Shown here one piece after another: positions 13,034 to 27,012 of a stretch of 64,000 bases of DNA; position 1 is the first letter of the stretch, and each line of letters begins with the position of its first letter. Source of the DNA: the human T2T-CHM13v2.0 reference genome, Homo sapiens; NCBI RefSeq assembly GCF_009914755.1, contig NC_060938.1; one strand, given 5' to 3'. The notes below the pieces were generated by a model. The model searched no databases. It saw nothing but the letters and a program-made list of their open reading frames with translations, and was not told the origin of the DNA. Both the position numbers and the translations under genes were made by a program.

Positions 13034-13960
13034 GTGGATTCAAAGATTTTCTGATTGGAAATTGTCTGAAAAAGTTAAATTATTATCTAAAGACCTGATT
13101 CAATAGAAAGGAGTGTCTGGGTTAAGACCATGGGTTGTGGGCTGGGTGCGGTGGCTCACGTCTGTAATCCCAGCATTTTGGGAGGCTGAGGTGGGCAGAT
13201 CACCTGAGGTTAAGAGTTCGAGATCAGCCTGGCCAACATGGTGAAACCCCGTCTCTACTAAAAATACAAAAATTGGCTGGGCGTGGTGGCAGACACCTGT
13301 AATCCCAGCTACTCAGGAGGCTGAGGCAGGGAAGCGGAAGTTGCAGTGAGCCAAGATCGTGCCATTGCACTCCAACCTGGGTGACAAGAGTGCAACTCTG
13401 TCTCAAAACAAAGAAAAAAAATAGATAAGGGATTGTAGAGACCAAAGTCTTTATTATAAAGTCTTACAGGTGGCTGCCCTTAGAGGCAAGAGATACCAAA
13501 AGTTTCCTATTCTGACCTTTAAAAAGTGTTAGACTCTCAGCTAATCTCTTTGGGATCAGAAAAAGACCTGGGAAGGGGATTCTCTACAAAGCATAAATAT
13601 CCCCCACAAGAGAGTTTTGTGAGGCCATTTCAAAATATGTCAAAGAAATAAATTTTAGGGTAAAATACTTTGATTTATTTCAGGGCCTGCTATCTGTCAT
13701 GTGATGCTATACTACAGTCAGATTGGAATTTTTTATCTTCTTACTACAAACAGTCAGTTTTGTCAGTCTAAAGATCCGTTTTAATGTTAGTGCTGGTTGG
13801 TTGTGTCTGAATTCCAAAGGGAGGAGAGTATAATGAGGCATGTCCAACCCCCTTCCCATCATGGCCTGAAATACTTTTTCAGATTTCTTGGGAATCCCAT
13901 TGGCCAAGAGAGGAGTCCATTCAGTCTGTTGGAGGGCTTAGAAATTGATTTTTGGTTTGC
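13034..13960 (-). mobile_element. MER4 (MER4D-like) ERV1 LTR, truncated, interrupted by Alu
   Basis: Reverse complement begins tgcaaaccaaaaatcaatttctaagccctccaacagactgaatggac, the MER4 5' end. Confidence 0.75.
13140..13421 (+). mobile_element. AluS with small right-arm deletion
   Basis: Alu dimer; 'gaggcagggaagcggaagttgc' lacks the 'agaatcgcttgaacccg' segment. Confidence 0.93.
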
Positions 13961-14094
13961 AGAAGAATGGAGAGAAGCTGAGTTCTCAGTTAAAGGAGGG
14001 GATGGAAGGCGTTGGGGAGTGTGTGACAGGAAATACAAAGATAGGCTTCTGGATAAGTTAATACATGCAGCAAGTTAAGAGTAACTACTACTCA

Positions 14095-14808
14095 TGTTGT
14101 AGAAAATCAGGAGGGCAAGGGAGACCTCAGGGTATAGCAGGAGAATCTTTTATTGAGTGCACTCCAGCCCAGCTGACTCAACGTCCAAAAAACTGGGCCC
14201 AGAACAAAATCAAGGTTTTGCTTATATACCTACTCCTAAGTGGCGCAAATGCGAATGTACAGAGGCAAGACAAAGGCCGTTAATCAAACTAAGACAAGCT
14301 TATAACTCAGGTTTAGTATACTCATTACTATGCAGCCCAAATGGTCGTTATCTGGTTAGTTCAAAGGAGTTTCACAAAGACTCATCTTGCGACCCCTACC
14401 ACGGTGCCTAGCTGGCTACAAGCTAGAACTGCTCAGGCTATACTGCTTAGATCAAGAAGCAGGAACCTACAATCATTAACTATAGGAAAAACAGAAACTC
14501 ATAAAACTTACAGAGCAAGGAGCAAGGTATAGTTTACATAGCAGAGGGGATGGGATTCAAGGGGGAAGTTTACTTACACTAAAGGAGAGATAGGAACACT
14601 TATCTCTTCACATCCTTATGTTGAGGGAGTGTTGGGAGAGTCTTCAGAGCACGTTCCTCTGAGCTGTGGCTCTTAGATAACGTTATCGAAACTTTGCCTG
14701 TTACTGCCTTTGAAATGAATCAGCCTAACACAGGTAGCTTGTTTTTTTCTCTTTTTTAATCTCTATTTTCTTTCTTTCTTTAATTTTTTTCCCTTTTTTC
14801 CCTCCTCA
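14095..14808 (-). mobile_element. ERV1-class solo LTR, family not assigned
   Basis: TG...CA termini; minus-strand TATA (~14223) and AATAAA (~14148); 4-bp TSD ctca/ctta. Confidence 0.6.
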
Positions 14809-14829
14809 CTTATTAAATATTTATGACAC

Positions 14830-15481
14830 TGCTGGAAATGCAAAATGCTTGCTCCTCAGTGCCGTGAAGGAATAGCACTTGAATGTAAATTTAATTCTCT
14901 CAGCAAGGCAATTTTTACTTCTATAGAAGGGTGTGACTCACAAATGGGGTAATGGCGAGAACACACCTGGACAGGGGAGGGGAAGGAGCTCTTATTCCTG
15001 ACGCAGGTAGCCCCTACTGCTGTGTTGTTCCCCTACTGGCTAGGGCTGGACTGCACAGTCTTAGCTAATTCCGACTGGCTATTTTAAAGAGGGCAGGGGT
15101 ATAAGCCAGAGTGGTGGGGTAAGTGGTTTGGAGGGAAGGATGGTTAGGAACAGGTAACTAGAGGTGACTTAGGTTAGAGCAGGTGACCAGGAGTAACTTG
15201 GGTCAAAGCAGGTGACTGGGATGAGTCAGGATGGGGCAGGTGACCGGGGTGACTTAGGTCAAAGCAGGTGACCGGGATGAGTCAGGACAGAGCAGGTAAC
15301 CAGGGAACAGATGTGAACTACTGATTAGGACTGGCAGGAAAGTTGTTTACTGAAACTGGAAGCAAGGGAAGTAAGAGAACCAGGAAGTTAAACTTTAAAA
15401 TGGGGAATCAAAGAGTAAGAGAGCTGAACATACTGACATACTGATTCTTTGAAGAGAAACTTGAGATTCATTATATTTAAC
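14830..15481 (-). mobile_element. LTR10 (LTR10A/F-like, HERV-I) solo LTR with internal VNTR
   Basis: Reverse complement 'gttaaatataatgaatctcaagtttctcttcaaagaatcagtatgtcagtatgttcag' is the LTR10 5' signature; TSD gacac at 14825-14829 / 16118-16122. Confidence 0.8.
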
Positions 15482-16112
15482 TGTCATGCGCATCCATGTG
15501 AAGAGACCACCAAATAGGCTTTGTGTGAGCAATAAAGCTTTTTAATCACCTGGCTGCAGGCAGGCTGAGTCCGAAAAGAAAGTCAGCAAAGGGTGGTGGG
15601 ATTATCGTTAGTTCTTATAGGTATGGGATAGGTGGTGGAGTTAGGAGCAATTTTTTCATGGGCAGGGGCTGGATCTTACAAAGTACATTCTCAAGGGCAG
15701 GGAGAATATTACAAAGTACCTTCTAAAGGGCGGGGCAGAATATTACAAAGTACCTTCTTAAGGGCGGGGCAGAATATTACAAAGTACCTTCTTAAGGGCG
15801 GGGGAGGATATTACAAAGTACTTTCTCAAGGGTAGGGAGGGTGTATCATGTAAAGTACATTCACAAGGGCAGGGGAATATCACAAAGTACATTATCACAT
15901 TATCACAAGGGCCTGGAGGGTGTATTGTCACAAAGTCAATTGACAGTTAGGGTGGGGCAGGAACAAATCACAGTGGTGGAATGTCATCAGTTAAGGCAGG
16001 AACTGGCTATTTTCACTTCTTTGGTGGACCTACAGTTGCTTCAGGCCATCTGGATGTATACGTGCAGGTCACAGGGGATATGATGTCTTAGCTTGGGCTC
16101 AGAGGCCTGACA
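15482..16112 (-). mobile_element. LTR7 (HERV-H, LTR7B-like) solo LTR, 631 bp
   Basis: Termini 'tgtcatgcg...gaagagaccacc' and 'gcttgggctcagaggcctgaca'; U3 tandem repeats 'tacaaagtaccttcttaagggcgggg'; TSD ttaac/ttaaa. Confidence 0.92.
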
Positions 16113-16618
16113 TTAAAGACACTGTGTTTGCTGAGTGTTATATACTCAATACATCCCCTGAGGAAGCCACTATTAATTATTACTATTGTCAAAGAAACAA
16201 AGCTTCTATCATGTTTGGATTTGAATCCACTGGAAATACTTTATGTTGTTATTGCTATTGCTCGCTGAAGGCCCTCAGGGAAACTCAGGTTGGAGCCCAT
16301 TCTGCTTACCCAAGGCTGGTAAGTTCATTTACAGCTCAAAGGAAGAAATGTCATCTCCTAAACCAAATCTATTTGATAAATTAAATGAAAATATAAGGCT
16401 TCCCAGTGCTTGCCTATGAAGGTTAAGTTCCAGAAAAATTAAACAGGGAATTTTAAATGTCTTAAGAAGAATTTGTCTTGTCTTCTTAAAAAGGAAGCAC
16501 CTGCATTCCTTCTCAGGGTTATATCAAGAGACGGAGTCCATATATATTTAAAGTTAAGTATGGCCTTTTCCCCACATGTCTGCTCTTACGGGAGTAATCA
16601 TCTTTGATTGTGTACCCC

Positions 16619-17717
16619 TGTGATATTTAAAATACCTGTTTGGTCTGCATCCATGTTTCCTGGTATACAACTTTAAAAATCCTTGGAATTTCCAAAGTGC
16701 TATCTTTTTGCATGCTAATGTTGGCTGATAGCTTCAGGGTGGGGATGATCACCTGAGACAAAGGCATAATTAAAGTGTTGGGACTTTCAGCCCCAACCCC
16801 CAGACTCCTGAGAAAGGTAAGGACTGAAGGTCAAGCTGATCAGCAATGGCCAATGGTTTAATTATTTAGGCCTACTTAGTGAAGTCTCTATAAAAACCCA
16901 AGAGGACACAGTTCAAAGAGCTTCTGGATAGGTGAACATATGGAGGTTTCTGGAGGAGGGTAGGCCCAGGGAGGACATGGAAGCTCTGTGCCCCTTTTCA
17001 CATACTTCATCCTATGAGTCTCTTCATCTGTATCCTTTGTAATATCCTTGACAATAAATGATAAACCTAAGTGTTCCCTGATTTTTGTGAGCCAATCCAG
17101 CAAATTAAAACCCCAAATTGAAGACCATCAATCAGAAGTTCCAGGCCAGGCGTGGTGGCTCACACCTGTAATCCTAGCACTTTGGGAGGCCAAGGCAGGT
17201 GGATTTCCTGAGCTCAGGAGTTCAAGACCAGCATGGGCAACATGGTGAAACCTCATCTCAACTAAAATACAAAAAATTAAACGGGTGTGGCAGCATACAC
17301 CTGTAGTCCCAGCTACTCGGGAGGCTGAGGCAGGAGAATTGTTGAACCCAGGAGGTGGAGGTTGCAGTGAGCCATGATCATGCCACTACACTCCAGCCTG
17401 GGTGGCAGAGTGAGACTCCGTCTCTAAAAGAAAAAGAAGTTCCAGAGGCCAGAGGCCTGGACTTGTGACTGATGTCTAAAGGGCAGTCCTGGGGACTGAG
17501 CCCTCAACCTGTGGGATCTGACACTATTTCCATGTAGATAGTGTTGAAACTGACTTGGAGGACACCCAGTTAGTGTCTGTTGTAGAATTAGTTACTAGCT
17601 TGATGGTGGGGAAAAAACCACATATTTGGTCACAAAAGTCTTCTTCTGTGTTGATGCTTATTGTTATGGTGGCGTGACAGGAGAAGAAAAGCAAGGATTG
17701 TGAGTTTTTCTGAAACT
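16619..17717 (+). mobile_element. MER21B-like LTR interrupted by Alu
   Basis: 'ggactttcagcccc', 'gggactgagccctcaacctgtgggatctgacact', 'gaggacacccag' blocks. Confidence 0.75.
17144..17434 (+). mobile_element. AluS
   Basis: Full dimer; TSD agaagttcca. Confidence 0.95.
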
Positions 17718-17754
17718 ACCTGTGATCACAGAATATAATTTTTTTTCCACCCCT

Positions 17755-18489
17755 TGTTCCACTCCTTGTGGGATGGGGAGCACAGGTGAGCAGGTGCAGG
17801 AGTGAGGGCAAGCACTTTTGGGCTCTGGCAGGGGCAAAACTCCGTGTGTGCCCTGCAGCAGCATCTAGTGGGTTGCTCACGACCCCTGAAGCCCCAGAAG
17901 GAGTGTTACAGTGACTCTTTCGCTTTTCTGTCCACAGACAGTTTAAGTGTTAACAGCTCAGTGGAGGGTTAGTGTGACAGCCTTTTGCACCTGCACTTGT
18001 GGCACCCAAGTTCTTGTGCAGTGTCCAGGAGGAATGAGGTCGCGTGAATAAACTGAAGATGGTAAACACAGGGGATTTTATTGCTGATGAGAGTGGCTCT
18101 CAATGGGAAGAACAGAGCAGGAAGGTAATCTTCCTCTGGAGTCTGGCCATTCCTGGACTCCTCTCTGAAGCTGCACCAGACTCATCTCTGAAGCTGCACT
18201 GTCAAGCTGCCCCTCTGAAGTCAAACTGCTTCCCTCCAATGTCCAACCATAGTTTCTGTCATCCAGCTGCTTCTCCTCTCTCCTGGCTGAGTTCTGGGAT
18301 TTTTATAGGCACATGATGGGGGCAGAGTGGGCTATGGGTGGTATCAGAAAAGACAACATTCAAGCAGGAAAACAGGGATGTACCTTCTCACTTTGGGCCG
18401 CAGTATCAGGCTTTTTGGCTTGAGGGTGGGGCCCTTGTCCGGGACCAGCCCTATTGTGCCCAGAATTTCCCTGCCTCCTGTCTCTATCA
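17755..18489 (-). mobile_element. ERV1 LTR of the LTR1/LTR27/LTR28 group
   Basis: Reverse complement begins tgatagagacaggaggcagggaaattctggg...ggccccaccctcaagcc. Confidence 0.7.
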
Positions 18490-19849
18490 TTATCTCATCA
18501 GCACATTATTTGTATTTCCAAAATTATTTCCTCCTAAACCTTATTCATTAGCATTATTTGTGAAATGTGGTTTCTTTTCTTTTTAGCCAACACTGAATCA
18601 AGTTTTCTGTTTCATAAATTCTATTTTCTCAGCACATTACATATGAAAAAATTGAAGCACAGAGAAGGTGAATATACCAAAATTCACACATATGTTAACT
18701 ACCAGGTTAGAACTTCAACCGAGACCTGAGTTCCAAGTGATTCCCTGTCCCATTATATGACTCTGCCTCCCTCAAGGGCTGGTAGAACAGCTGAAGCAAT
18801 GGGAAGTTTAATGTGAGAAAGAAGTGCAAAAGAGTCAATAGGCTGGATACGTTTCTACACGGGAGCTGGCTGTTCAATTCCAAGCTTTGGAACACAGGAT
18901 ATGCTAAAGACTCCAAGTTTGTTTCTGTACCTAGAAGGTACATGAAAAGTTTCAGCAGCTCCGCAAAAATATCTGGCATGAGAAAGCTGTGCCACTATGA
19001 CTCATCTGAATAATGAAAGCCCATTAACAGTATAGTCAGGGCGCCATCTGGCAAGGTGAGGAAATGATCAAGAATAAATATATTGAGTGTCCGTCAGAGG
19101 CAGCATTGTGTACTTGTTAGGAAAGCAGATCTTGAAATCAAACTACCTGGGTAAGAATTCATTCTTCACATCATTGTATTCTTGTGACCCTGAGAAAATT
19201 ATCTAATATCTCTCTGCTTCAAATTATTTACAAGTAAAATAAGAAGAAGAATAGTATCTACCTCACAGCTTTGTGTGAGGATAAGTTAATATATCTAAAT
19301 TGTTAATAAACCTGCTTACTATTTAGCGAGCCCTCAGTGTGAGTTATTCTTATCATCAATGAGGAAAATGAAACTAGAGATTCATCTACTTTCTATTCTG
19401 CTTTTACCATCTTAGACTATCATGCTTGAGGCACTGTAAATGGGTACATTGAATAATCAATAAAGTAGTTAGCAAAAAGGAGTGGTTTTAAAAATGCACA
19501 GATGCTATATAGCAGGTAAGATAAGTATGGAAAGGCAGATGCCCACAACCAACATCTTTACTCAAAGCCTGGAAAACCTGACAGGTAATCTACTTAACTT
19601 TAAAAAAAAAAAAAAACAAAAAAACAGGCAAATTCTGAATGTATTTCCATAACGGATTAGGGTCAGAATGGTTCAGTGGTCACACAGGTACTTATGCTGA
19701 GCAAGCTGAATACTTGGATTCAAGGCAGCAAGACTCATCCAGTGTAGACTGATGGCATTGAGGCCACTGAGAATCACTCAGACTCATTTAGGATATGCTT
19801 AGTTCAATGCACATTTGGTATATTTCCCACCAAGCTTTTACTGGCGTTA

Positions 19850-20341
19850 TTTAGGGTACCACACCCTGAATTTCTTTAGAAAACGACACCCAACTGATTC
19901 TCAATCTATCTGGTTCCAGTGGTGATCCAACCTCAAAAAGGGGCAGAAACCCATGCCCTACTAGTTCTTTAGTTCAAGGTTAGACATGTACCCAGGTTGT
20001 TCCAATCAGAATGAAGGCCAGGATTTGATCAGAATACTCAGAAAAAGACACTTTCACTTCTATGGGATTCTAACCCAGGAAAATGTAGGTTTAAAACTTC
20101 TGTGTGACAACTTTCTTCTCCCACCCCTGAAGACTAAGAATGAAACCAACAGGGAAAAAGATAAGAAATAAAGAGGAGAATAAAATCTTGATCACATTGT
20201 TTGAGCCTATAACCAGGCCACACTTAAAATGAAACTATCCTCTGGATTTTCAAGTTATATAAGACAATAAATCCCCCATATTTTTAAAATCAGTTAGTTA
20301 GTATTCTGTCTTGTGCAACAGAAAGAATCTTAGCTGATACA
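19850..20341 (+). mobile_element. Old MaLR LTR (MLT1J/K-like)
   Basis: 3' end 'caataaatccccc...tattctgtcttgtgcaacagaaagaatcttagctgataca'; 5' edge approximate. Confidence 0.55.
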
Positions 20342-22575
20342 CTTAGGAACTGAAAGGGAAGACTTAGATGAAGACTGATTTCTGTAGCTGGCAAAAACTG
20401 GAATAGAAAAGTCATGGAGTGACATCAGTGAAATGCCAACTAGAGTTACCTGGCTCTCCCCACCTCAACAAAAAGGGACCAAAACAATAAAAAAAAAAAA
20501 CAACAACTATATTTTGAGTGGAGTGACTAATCAAGTACCCTAGAGAACACCAAGGAGTGGTAAAAACCCTGTGGACCACAGACAATTAGGATACCACCAT
20601 AGAGAGGGGTGCAAGCTACCCTGCCACTTTACAATGTCTCCCCCACCAGGATAAGCTCGGAGATGGAGGGATTTCTTCTTACAGGAAAAAGAAAAGTTGA
20701 ACCAGGAGCCCCATTATCATCACAGATGCTGGTGGTCCTTTCTATAGAAGAATCCCCTAGCCCTCACAGGACCCAAACTCACTTTGGAGAGTTGCTAGAA
20801 GTTGGCACAGCTGCATTGCTCTGGAATAGGAACCCACATTGTGAATCCCCCACTCTTGTGATGTAAACTGTACTACATAGCACCATCTTAACACCAGACC
20901 AACTGCTAGAATGTGTTCTGCCCTGGGGGCCAGAACACACTGCCTTTATCCATTGCCTAGGTCCCAACATCATTCTTTCATGTTCACATGCATGCCTGAA
21001 ACACTATGACCCTGGGTACTAGCAGTATAGGCTGGACAAAATGATTAAAACCCAAGTGTTTGAAACCATATGGCAACCAGCTCCTCTGGGAAATAAGCAG
21101 ACTTGAACAACAGGGACACCACCAAACTACCAGCCAGGTTACTGCTCCCACATGTGCCCCCGTCAGGCAGCCAGGCAGTTTACAGTACATGTGAGAGCCT
21201 GTGGACAGCTTAACAGCCACTTCAGCAGAGCCCTGCTTTGCCAGAGGGTCCATCACTAACAATGGCCTGACACATCTGTGCCCACACTGACAGCCAGTCT
21301 GTTGGTAATCCAGCTCTGGGAGAGACTGCCACACTGCTGGCCGACCAACCATGCCTGCATGTGTCTGGCCCTGCAACCAGCTTGGCAGCCCTTCCCCCAG
21401 CAAAAATGCACCCTGGCTGTCACAAACTCCCACAGCTAAGGCACCAAGGCTAACACAAATATCGGCCGATGAGAAATATAGTTGAAGAAACTACACAGAG
21501 ACCACACTACTGAGTCCACACAGACACAAAGCCAAGGCACCATACCCAACTGACACCCAGGATCTTCTACGGAAAAAAAAAAATGTTCCCCCTACAAAAC
21601 CATTCCATAAAATTGGAAAAAGCAACCTGTTCCACTAGATGTGTAGATATCAGTAGATATGAGAAACAAACAAACAAAAAACTCCAGGAAACAGGACGCC
21701 CCCAAAAGAACACAATAATTCATGAGTAGTAAAACCCCCACAAAGGATATTTACAAAATGCCTGAAAAGAAATTCAAAATAATTATCTTCATGAAACTTA
21801 GCAAGACACAAGAGAATACTGACAAACAATTCAATGAAATCAGAAAAGCAATTCATGATATGAATGAGAAATTCAATAGAAAGAAATAAGAAAAAAAGAA
21901 AACAAAAATATTAGAGCTGAGGAATTCAAAAAGTAAATTAAAAATACAGTAATACAATTAAGACCTTCAACAACAGACTAGATCAAGCAGAAAAAAAGAA
22001 TTTCTGAATTTGAAGACAGCTCTTTTGAAATAACCCAGTCAGAGGGAAAACAGAAATAAGAATAAAAAAGAATAAAGAAAGCTTATGGGACTTTGGGAAC
22101 ACCATTTACAAACATATGTTCACAATATAGGAGTTCCAGGGGAAGAGAGATGAAAAAAAGGCACAGAAAACTTATTTAATAAAATAATAGCTTAAAACTT
22201 CCTAATCTTGTAATAGATATGAATATCTAGATCTCAGAAACCCAAAAGTCCTCAGTTAGACTCAACCCTTTCCAAGGCACATAATAATTAAACTTTCAAA
22301 AATAGAGAATTCCAAATGCTGCAAGACAAAAGTGTTAAGTTACATATAAGGGAATTGTCATTAGACTATCAGAACATTTCTCAGCAGAAGACTTACAAGC
22401 CAGGAGAGAATGGGATGACATATTCAAAGTGCTGAAAGACATAATCGTCAACTAATAATACCATATTCAGCAAAACCATCTTTCCAAAATAAGAAGAAAA
22501 TAAAGGCCTTCACAGATAAGCAAAAGCTGAAGGAATTCATCACCACTAGACTGGCCTTATAAGAAATGCTTAAGG

Positions 22576-22873
22576 GGCCAGGCATTGTGGCTCATGCTTA
22601 TAATTCCAGGACTTCAGGAGGCCAAGGTGGAAGGATTGCTGAAAACCAGGAGTTCAAGACCAGTGTGGAAAACAGAGTGAGACCCTGTATCTACAAACAA
22701 TAATAATAATAATCTGGGCATGGTAGCATATGGCTGCAGTTTCAGCTACTCATTAGGCAGAGGTGGAAGGATTGCCTGAGTCCAGGAGGTCGAGCCTACA
22801 ATAAGCCATGATCACACACTACTGCACTCCACTGTACACTCCTGGGTGGCACAGTGAGATCCTGTCTCAAAAA
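22576..22873 (+). mobile_element. AluJ
   Basis: Diverged dimer; TSD gaaatgcttaaggg. Confidence 0.9.
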
Positions 22874-23464
22874 GAGAGACAGAAAAAAAGAAAGAATGAA
22901 ATGCTTAAGGGAGTTCTACAACTGTAAGCAAAACAACAATAATTACTATCATGAAAACATGTGAAGGTATAAAACTCACCAGTAGAGGAAAATTCATATT
23001 CAAACTCAGAATACTACAGTACTGTAATGATGCTTTATAAATCTTCCAATTTACTAGTATGAAAGGCTAAAGACACAATATTAAAAAAATAGCTAGCAGA
23101 TAAAAATGTAAATTTTAAAATTTTAGGGCAACAAAAATATAAACTGTGGGGCAGAGGAAAAAATTCTAAAGTATTTTCATGCAACCAAAGTCAAGTTGTT
23201 ATCAGTGTAAAATAGCCTATTATAATTACAAGACTATGTTAGTCCATGGTAACTACAAATAAAAAAAATTATAACTGATGCACAAATCAGAAAGAGAAAG
23301 AAAACAAAGTGTAGCATCACAGAAAACCTATAAACCAGAGGTAAACAATGAGAGAGAGAAAAGAACAAAGGATTTTAAAACAACCAGAAAACAATAAAGT
23401 TGGAGAAGTCTTTACCTACCAATATGTTTCTAAATGAAAATGAATTAAATTCACCAATTAGAGG

Positions 23465-23786
<322 letters not shown>

Positions 23787-24366
23787 TTAAATGCCCAACT
23801 ACATGCTGCCTACAAGAGACTCACCTCATTCTTAAAAACAAACAGTGAAAGTGAAGAGATGGAAAAAAGACATTCGTCATACATGAAAACCAAAACTAAG
23901 CAGGAGTGACCATAACAGATAAAATGAATTTTAACTAAAATACTGTAAAAAGAGGCAAAGTCACTTCATAATTATATAAGGATTTCTTTAATAAGAGGAT
24001 ATAACAAATGCAAATATATATGCACCCAACACTGGAGCATGCAAATATGTAAAGCAAATATTCTTAGTACTGCAAATGTAAGGTATTAGGTTCAGCTTAG
24101 TGCCTCAGAACTGTTTTTTCCCTAGCTGAAGCATATGCCAGTCCATTTAAATAATGGACAGATCATCCAGACAGAAAATCAACAAAGAAAGACTGGACTT
24201 ACACTGCACCATAGATCAAAGGGACCTAATAGACATTTACAGAACATTCCATCCAACAGCTACAGAATACACATTCTTCTCAACTTCACATGTAATGTCC
24301 TCCCATATAGATCATATGTTAGGTCAGGAAACACTCTTAACAAATTAAGAAGACAGAGATCATCTC

Positions 24367-24753
24367 TGATATGATTTGGCTCTGTGTCCCAACCCACATC
24401 TCATCTCAAATTGTAATCCCCATGTGTCGGGGTAGGGGGCTGGTGGAAGGTGACCGACTCATGGAAGTGGACTTCCCCCTTGCTGTTCTCATGACAGTGA
24501 GTTCTCATGAGATCTGGTTGTTTGAATGTGTGTGGCACTTCCCCCTTCACACTCTCTCATTCTCTGCTGCCACCACGTGAAGAAGCTCCCTGCTTCCTCT
24601 CCACCTTCCACCATGACTATAAGTTTCCTGAGGCCTCTCAGTCATGCTTCTCATTAAGCCTGTGGAACTGAGTCAATTAAACTTCTTTTCTTTATAAATT
24701 ACCCAGTCTCAGGTAGTAGTTCTTTTATAGCAGTGTGAAAACGGACTAACACA
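24367..24753 (+). mobile_element. THE1D/MSTA-like MaLR solo LTR
   Basis: 'tgatatgatttggctctgtgtccc' ... 'acggactaacaca'; 5-bp TSD atctc/atttc. Confidence 0.9.
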
Positions 24754-26304
24754 ATTTCTTCTTTTCTGAGTAAAACCACGTACATCTGGAAATCAACAAG
24801 ATAAATTTCAAAAACTTTGCAAATACATTAAAATTGAACAACATGCTCCTTAATAAGCAATGGGTCAATACAGGAATTATAAGAGAAATTTAAAACTTCC
24901 TAGAGAAGTGAAATGAAAACACAACATACCAAAACTTACAAGACACAGCAAATTCAGTTGTAAAAAGAAAGTTTATACCAATAAATGCCTACATATAAAA
25001 AAATTATAGTAAAAAAACCTAAAGATGCACTTCAAGGAACTAGAAAAACAAGAACAAACTAAGCCCAAATGGTAAAAGGAAATAAATAATGAAGCTCAGA
25101 GAAGACAAAAACAAAATAGAGACTTAAAAATTCAAAAGATCAATGAAATAAAGAGTTGGTTTTTGGAAAGATAAAAAGAATAAATTTTTATCTAGGTGAA
25201 AAAAAAGAAGGTGCAAAGAAATAAAATCAGAGATGAAAAGGAGACATTAGAACTGATATGACAGAAATACAAAGGATCATAAGATACTGTTATGAAAAAC
25301 TATACACAAACAAATTTGATAACGTAGAAGAAATGAGTTAATTCCTGGACACATACAGCCTACCAAAATTAAATTATGAAGAAATAGAAAATATGCACAG
25401 ACTAATAACAAGTAAGGAGATTGAATCAGTAATAAAAAGTCACCCTTCAGACAAAAGCCCTGGACCTGATGTCTTTACTGCTAAATTCTTCAGAACCTGT
25501 AAAGAACTCAGCAATTCTCCTCACACTATTTCAGAAAACTGAAGAGGAGGAAATTATTCCAAACTCACTTTACAAGAATAGCATTACCCTGATTCCAAAA
25601 CCAGACAAAGACATAACAAAGAAACAAAACTACAGGTGAATATCCTTGATAAAACATAAATGCAAAAATTCTCAGCAAGATATTAACAAACCATATTTAA
25701 TAGCACATTAAAAAGATCATTCATATGATAAAGTGGGATTCATCCCAGGGAGTCAAGGATGGTTCACCATACACAGATCAATAAGTGTTATATATTACCT
25801 TAACAGAAAGAAAGGCAAAAACCATGTGATCATTGCAACAGATGCAGAAAAAGTGTGTGACAAAATTCAACAACCCCAACAACACTTCATGATAAAAACT
25901 CTCAACAAACTGGGTATAGAAGAAATATACCTCAACACAATAGGACCATATTTGACAAACCCACAGCCAATACCATACTGAACGTAGAAAAATTGAAAAC
26001 TTTAAGATTAGAAACAAAACAAGGATGCCCACATTGCTATTCAACATCGTACTGGAAGTCCTAGACAGAGCAATTGGGCAAAAGAAGGAAATAAAAGAAA
26101 CAAACTGTACATCAGAAAAGGGGTAAGTTTCCAAAATATATAAAGAATTTAAACAGTTCAACAGCCAAAAAGAAAACTCATTAAAAAATGGTTGAAATAC
26201 TTTATGAGACATTTCTCCAAAGAAGACATACTAATGGCCAACAGCTGTATGAAAAAAATGCTCAATATCACTAATCATTAGGAAAACACAAATCAAAACT
26301 ACAA

Positions 26305-27012
<708 letters not shown>

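Noticed and set aside
15150-15940. Regularly spaced 28-34-bp repeats as a CRISPR-like array
   Set aside because: No unique spacers; these are LTR10 and LTR7 internal tandem repeats in a primate genome.
20984-21433. 149-aa minus-strand ORF
   Set aside because: Antisense to the GC-rich 5'UTR of the old L1; no recognisable protein features.
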